Below the pieces are notes generated by a model. That model made no database searches, was not told the DNA's origin, and saw only the letters and a list, made by a program, of their open reading frames with translations. Positions 17,523 through 20,000 of a stretch of 20,000 nt of DNA are shown piece by piece (position 1 is the stretch's first letter; every line of letters begins with the position of its first letter). The translations under genes were made by a program, and so were the position numbers. Origin of the DNA: an uncultured virus (IMG/VR IMGVR_UViG_3300002460_002270) (Duplodnaviria > Heunggongvirae > Uroviricota > Caudoviricetes); IMG/VR virus record IMGVR_UViG_3300002460_002270. One strand, written 5' to 3'.

Positions 17523-18567
17523 ATTGTGGAAGAGGATTCGAGGTGGTGAACCGTACTTTATTGCGGAAGCGGGCGTAAATCATCTGGGTTCGTTTGAGCT
17601 AGCTGAGCGTCTAATACGCGAGGCAGCTCTTGCCGGAGCAGATGCCGTGAAGTTTCAGTCGTATAAGGCTGATAACCTATGCGTGCCAGACGCTCCGAGG
17701 TTTTGGGATTGGAGCGGCGAGGAGGTTGAGGATGGTTCACAGTTTGATTCATATTCTATCCTTGATTCCTTTGGTGAGAATGAACATGCTGAGCTTGCGA
17801 GGTTGTGCAAGAAGTTCAATGTTGAGTTCATGTCAACTCCTTTCGATGCAGATGCTGTTGATTATCTTGACAGGATAGGTGTTTGTGCGTATAAGGTCGC
17901 GTCATGTGATGTCACGAATATTCCCCTTCTTGAGTGCATAGCTAGCAAGGGAAAGGTTGTGATGCTGTCAACGGGAGCCTCGACGATTGATGAGATAGAG
18001 GATGCCGTTAGCGTCCTTGAGCGAGGAACTTCATCAATTGTCATAATGCATTGCAATTTAAAGTATCCTACAGCAGATGATGAAATAAATCTGGGAATGA
18101 TAGACACGCTGAAATTAAAATGGGGAGAGAAGTATCAGATAGGTCTTTCAGATCATACGATGAATATGTGGACACCAGCGATTGCGTTCGCCCGCGGGGC
18201 GACAGTGTTTGAGCGTCATTTTACGGTTGATAAGTCTCTTAAGCTCAGTGCTGACCACTGGTTAAGCGCCGACCCAGACGATGTACGTAAGATACTGGAG
18301 AACGTACGTTTCGTTAAGACGCTTGTCGGAAAGTGCGTAAAAGAACCCACGCCCAGCGAGGAACGAGCTCGGTTATATGCTCGTAGAAGTATCGTTGCGA
18401 AAAGAGAGATAAGTGTGGGTGAGCTGCTGACAACTGAAAACATTGCATGCAAGAGACCTGGCACAGGCATCTCTCCTGCTAGGTTCAATGAGCTGTTGGG
18501 GTGTAGGGTTACGGTCTGTATCAAAGAGAATGAGCTATTGAATGATGGAAGTTTTGTTAGAGCATGA
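17509..18567 (+). CDS. neuB: N-acetylneuraminate/nonulosonate synthase family protein with C-terminal SAF (antifreeze-like) domain
   Basis: FIAEAGVNHLG, GADAVKFQ, STPFD, KVASCD, LSTG, HCNLKYPT, GLSDHT, ERHFT, RRSIVA, KRPGTGISP. Confidence 0.95.
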   Translation: MNEHELWKRIRGGEPYFIAEAGVNHLGSFELAERLIREAALAGADAVKFQSYKADNLCVPDAPRFWDWSGEEVEDGSQFDSYSILDSFGENEHAELARLCKKFNVEFMSTPFDADAVDYLDRIGVCAYKVASCDVTNIPLLECIASKGKVVMLSTGASTIDEIEDAVSVLERGTSSIVIMHCNLKYPTADDEINLGMIDTLKLKWGEKYQIGLSDHTMNMWTPAIAFARGATVFERHFTVDKSLKLSADHWLSADPDDVRKILENVRFVKTLVGKCVKEPTPSEERARLYARRSIVAKREISVGELLTTENIACKRPGTGISPARFNELLGCRVTVCIKENELLNDGSFVRA

Positions 18568-19505
18568 GTCTTACGGGTGAAAGCATGAAGGAAGCAAGGA
18601 AGCAGATAGCTGTCGTCGGGCACGGGTATGTGGGAGAGGCCCTTGAGAAGGGTATGAAACACGCCTTTGACGTGCTGGTCCATGACCCATTCAAGTATCC
18701 TCCTGGAAAGATAGGGTCAGGAACAGCAGGTGTTGAGCTCGTTGAGACGCTTGATGAGCTGACACAACGAGCACAGGTGGTCTTCGTTGCTGTGCCCACG
18801 CCGATGAACCCAGATGGGTCAGCATCGACGAGGGTCGTTGAGAGCGTCGTCGCATCCATCGCAGAGTTCGGTCGCCAGAACATCGTCGTCATCAAGTCCA
18901 CAGTCCCACCGGGAACGACTGACGGGCTTCACAGCAGGTTTGCGGGTCCCCACTATCATCTTAAGGGCGTGATCTTCTCGCCGGAGTTTCTGACAGAAGC
19001 GAACTACATCGATGACTTTAAGAACCAGACGCGCATCATCCTCGGTGGCGATGCAAGCTGCACCAAAGTCGTCCGCGACGTCTTCAAGCGTGCGTATCCC
19101 AACGTTCCGATCGTGCGAACCAGCGCAGCAAACGCAGAGCTTGTGAAGTACACAACGAACTGCTTCCTGGCGACGAAGGTATCGTTTGCGAATGAGCTGT
19201 TTCAGGTCTGTGAGGCATTGAACGCACGAGGGAGCGACGTTGATTACGACCGTGTGATTGAGGTCGCGACGTTGGATGAAAGGCTGGGAAAGTGGGGGTG
19301 GCGTGTGCCTGGTCCAGATGGCCAGCTCGGGTTCGGGCTCTCATGTTTTCCTAAGGACTTAAATGCTTTGATTCATAAGACTAAAGAGCTTGGGATAGAC
19401 CCTAAGCTGATGTCAGCTGCATGGGAGAAGAACCTTGAGGTTCGTGAAGACAGGGATTGGGAGAGGATGTCTAAGGCTGTTGTCGATGTTAAGGAAGGTA
19501 GCTGA
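18564..19505 (+). CDS. ugd: UDP-glucose/GDP-mannose dehydrogenase family, short form lacking the C-terminal domain
   Basis: VVGHGYVG, VAVPTP, IKSTVPPGT, SPEFL, AELVKY..NCFLATKVSFANE, GFGLSCFPKD (catalytic Cys). The protein ends about 50 aa after the Cys. Confidence 0.9.
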   Translation: MSLTGESMKEARKQIAVVGHGYVGEALEKGMKHAFDVLVHDPFKYPPGKIGSGTAGVELVETLDELTQRAQVVFVAVPTPMNPDGSASTRVVESVVASIAEFGRQNIVVIKSTVPPGTTDGLHSRFAGPHYHLKGVIFSPEFLTEANYIDDFKNQTRIILGGDASCTKVVRDVFKRAYPNVPIVRTSAANAELVKYTTNCFLATKVSFANELFQVCEALNARGSDVDYDRVIEVATLDERLGKWGWRVPGPDGQLGFGLSCFPKDLNALIHKTKELGIDPKLMSAAWEKNLEVREDRDWERMSKAVVDVKEGS

Positions 19506-19628
19506 TACTGCTAAGTCGTCTTCTACGTATCATGTCAGATGCGTGCGCACAGCGTGATGCCCTTTGCAGGCAGAGGATGATGGTAACCATCGGCCTTGGT
19601 TTTATGGGCCAGATGAGCCCCTATGCGG

Positions 19629-19640
19629 TATGATGGACCA
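19629..19640 (+). promoter_or_regulatory. Putative -10 element for a leaderless transcript of the nuclease gene
   Basis: TATGAT at 19629-19634, then 6 nt, then ATG at 19641. Same geometry as at 38-50. No Shine-Dalgarno sequence. Confidence 0.35.
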
Positions 19641-20000
19641 ATGTCAAGCGATGAAGCCGTTTCCTGGCCCACAGGAAAGCCCCATGTCTCCTTTTCTGAG
19701 CTGTCAGACTGGATACAGTGCCCCTTCAGACATTCTCTCATCCACATAAGGAAGCTGGGCTCATTCACACCCACGCCGCACCTGAGCTTCGGCACGGGCG
19801 TCCACAACGCGAATGAGCACTTCATCCAGACGCGTGAGCTTGACAAGGAGCGTGCGTACGACGTCATCCGCAAATCATGGCAGGAGAATGAGGAGCTCTT
19901 CATGAAGGGTCCCTTCCCAGACTGGGCCTCCAGCGGCTACGGTAAGCTTGATGACTGGATCGCCAAGGCTAGCAGGGTGCTTGATGATGTGCCTCCCTTC
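19641..20000 (+). CDS. PD-(D/E)XK nuclease superfamily protein (RecB/AddB C-terminal or Cas4-like exonuclease), 3'-partial
   Basis: Not in the ORF track because it runs off the window. Translated by hand: MSSDEAVSWPTGKPHVSFSELSDWIQCPFRHSLIHIRKLGSFTPTPHLSFGTGVHNANEHF..., matching the S.S.l....CP...G...H N-terminal signature of PDDEXK_1 proteins. In-frame ATG also at 19623, with a stop at 19614-19616. Confidence 0.8.
   Translation, partial: MSSDEAVSWPTGKPHVSFSELSDWIQCPFRHSLIHIRKLGSFTPTPHLSFGTGVHNANEHFIQTRELDKERAYDVIRKSWQENEELFMKGPFPDWASSGYGKLDDWIAKASRVLDDVPPF

Noticed and set aside
64..19903. The many minus-strand and short alternative-frame ORFs in the track (e.g. 8191-8730, 18216-18683, 19535-19903, 19564-19749)
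   Set aside because: They lie over well-supported + strand genes and show no recognisable motifs, so I treat them as shadow ORFs.
19641..20000. CRISPR-Cas system suggested by a Cas4-like gene
   Set aside because: No repeat-spacer array or other cas gene in the window. Solo nucleases of this type are common.

Overview
The window is almost entirely one + strand, tightly coupled array of 22 genes (about 50-19505) for glycan and nucleotide-sugar biosynthesis. It is followed by the 5' end of a PD-(D/E)XK (RecB/Cas4-like) nuclease gene that the ORF track missed (19641 to the window edge). The array encodes up to seven glycosyltransferase-like proteins (including a STELLO/DUF288-like one), three SAM methyltransferase domains (one fused to a NeuA-type cytidylyltransferase), NeuB, a GME-like epimerase and a short UDP-glucose dehydrogenase. 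It also has two tandem Pol-beta-type nucleotidyltransferases and a deacetylase-like protein. The most unusual part is a five-gene block (1659-5813): cupin, nucleotidyltransferase-kinase fusion, SdhL-type shikimate dehydrogenase-like enzyme, GatZ/KbaZ-like barrel and HAD phosphatase. This looks like an undescribed route to an activated ketose, polyol or cyclitol. I see no membrane, export, polymerase or initiating-transferase genes. Together with the flanking nuclease and scarce Shine-Dalgarno sites, this suggests a large-phage/viral glycosylation island rather than a standard O-antigen or capsule locus (inference). All family calls come from motif recognition by eye; no searches were run.
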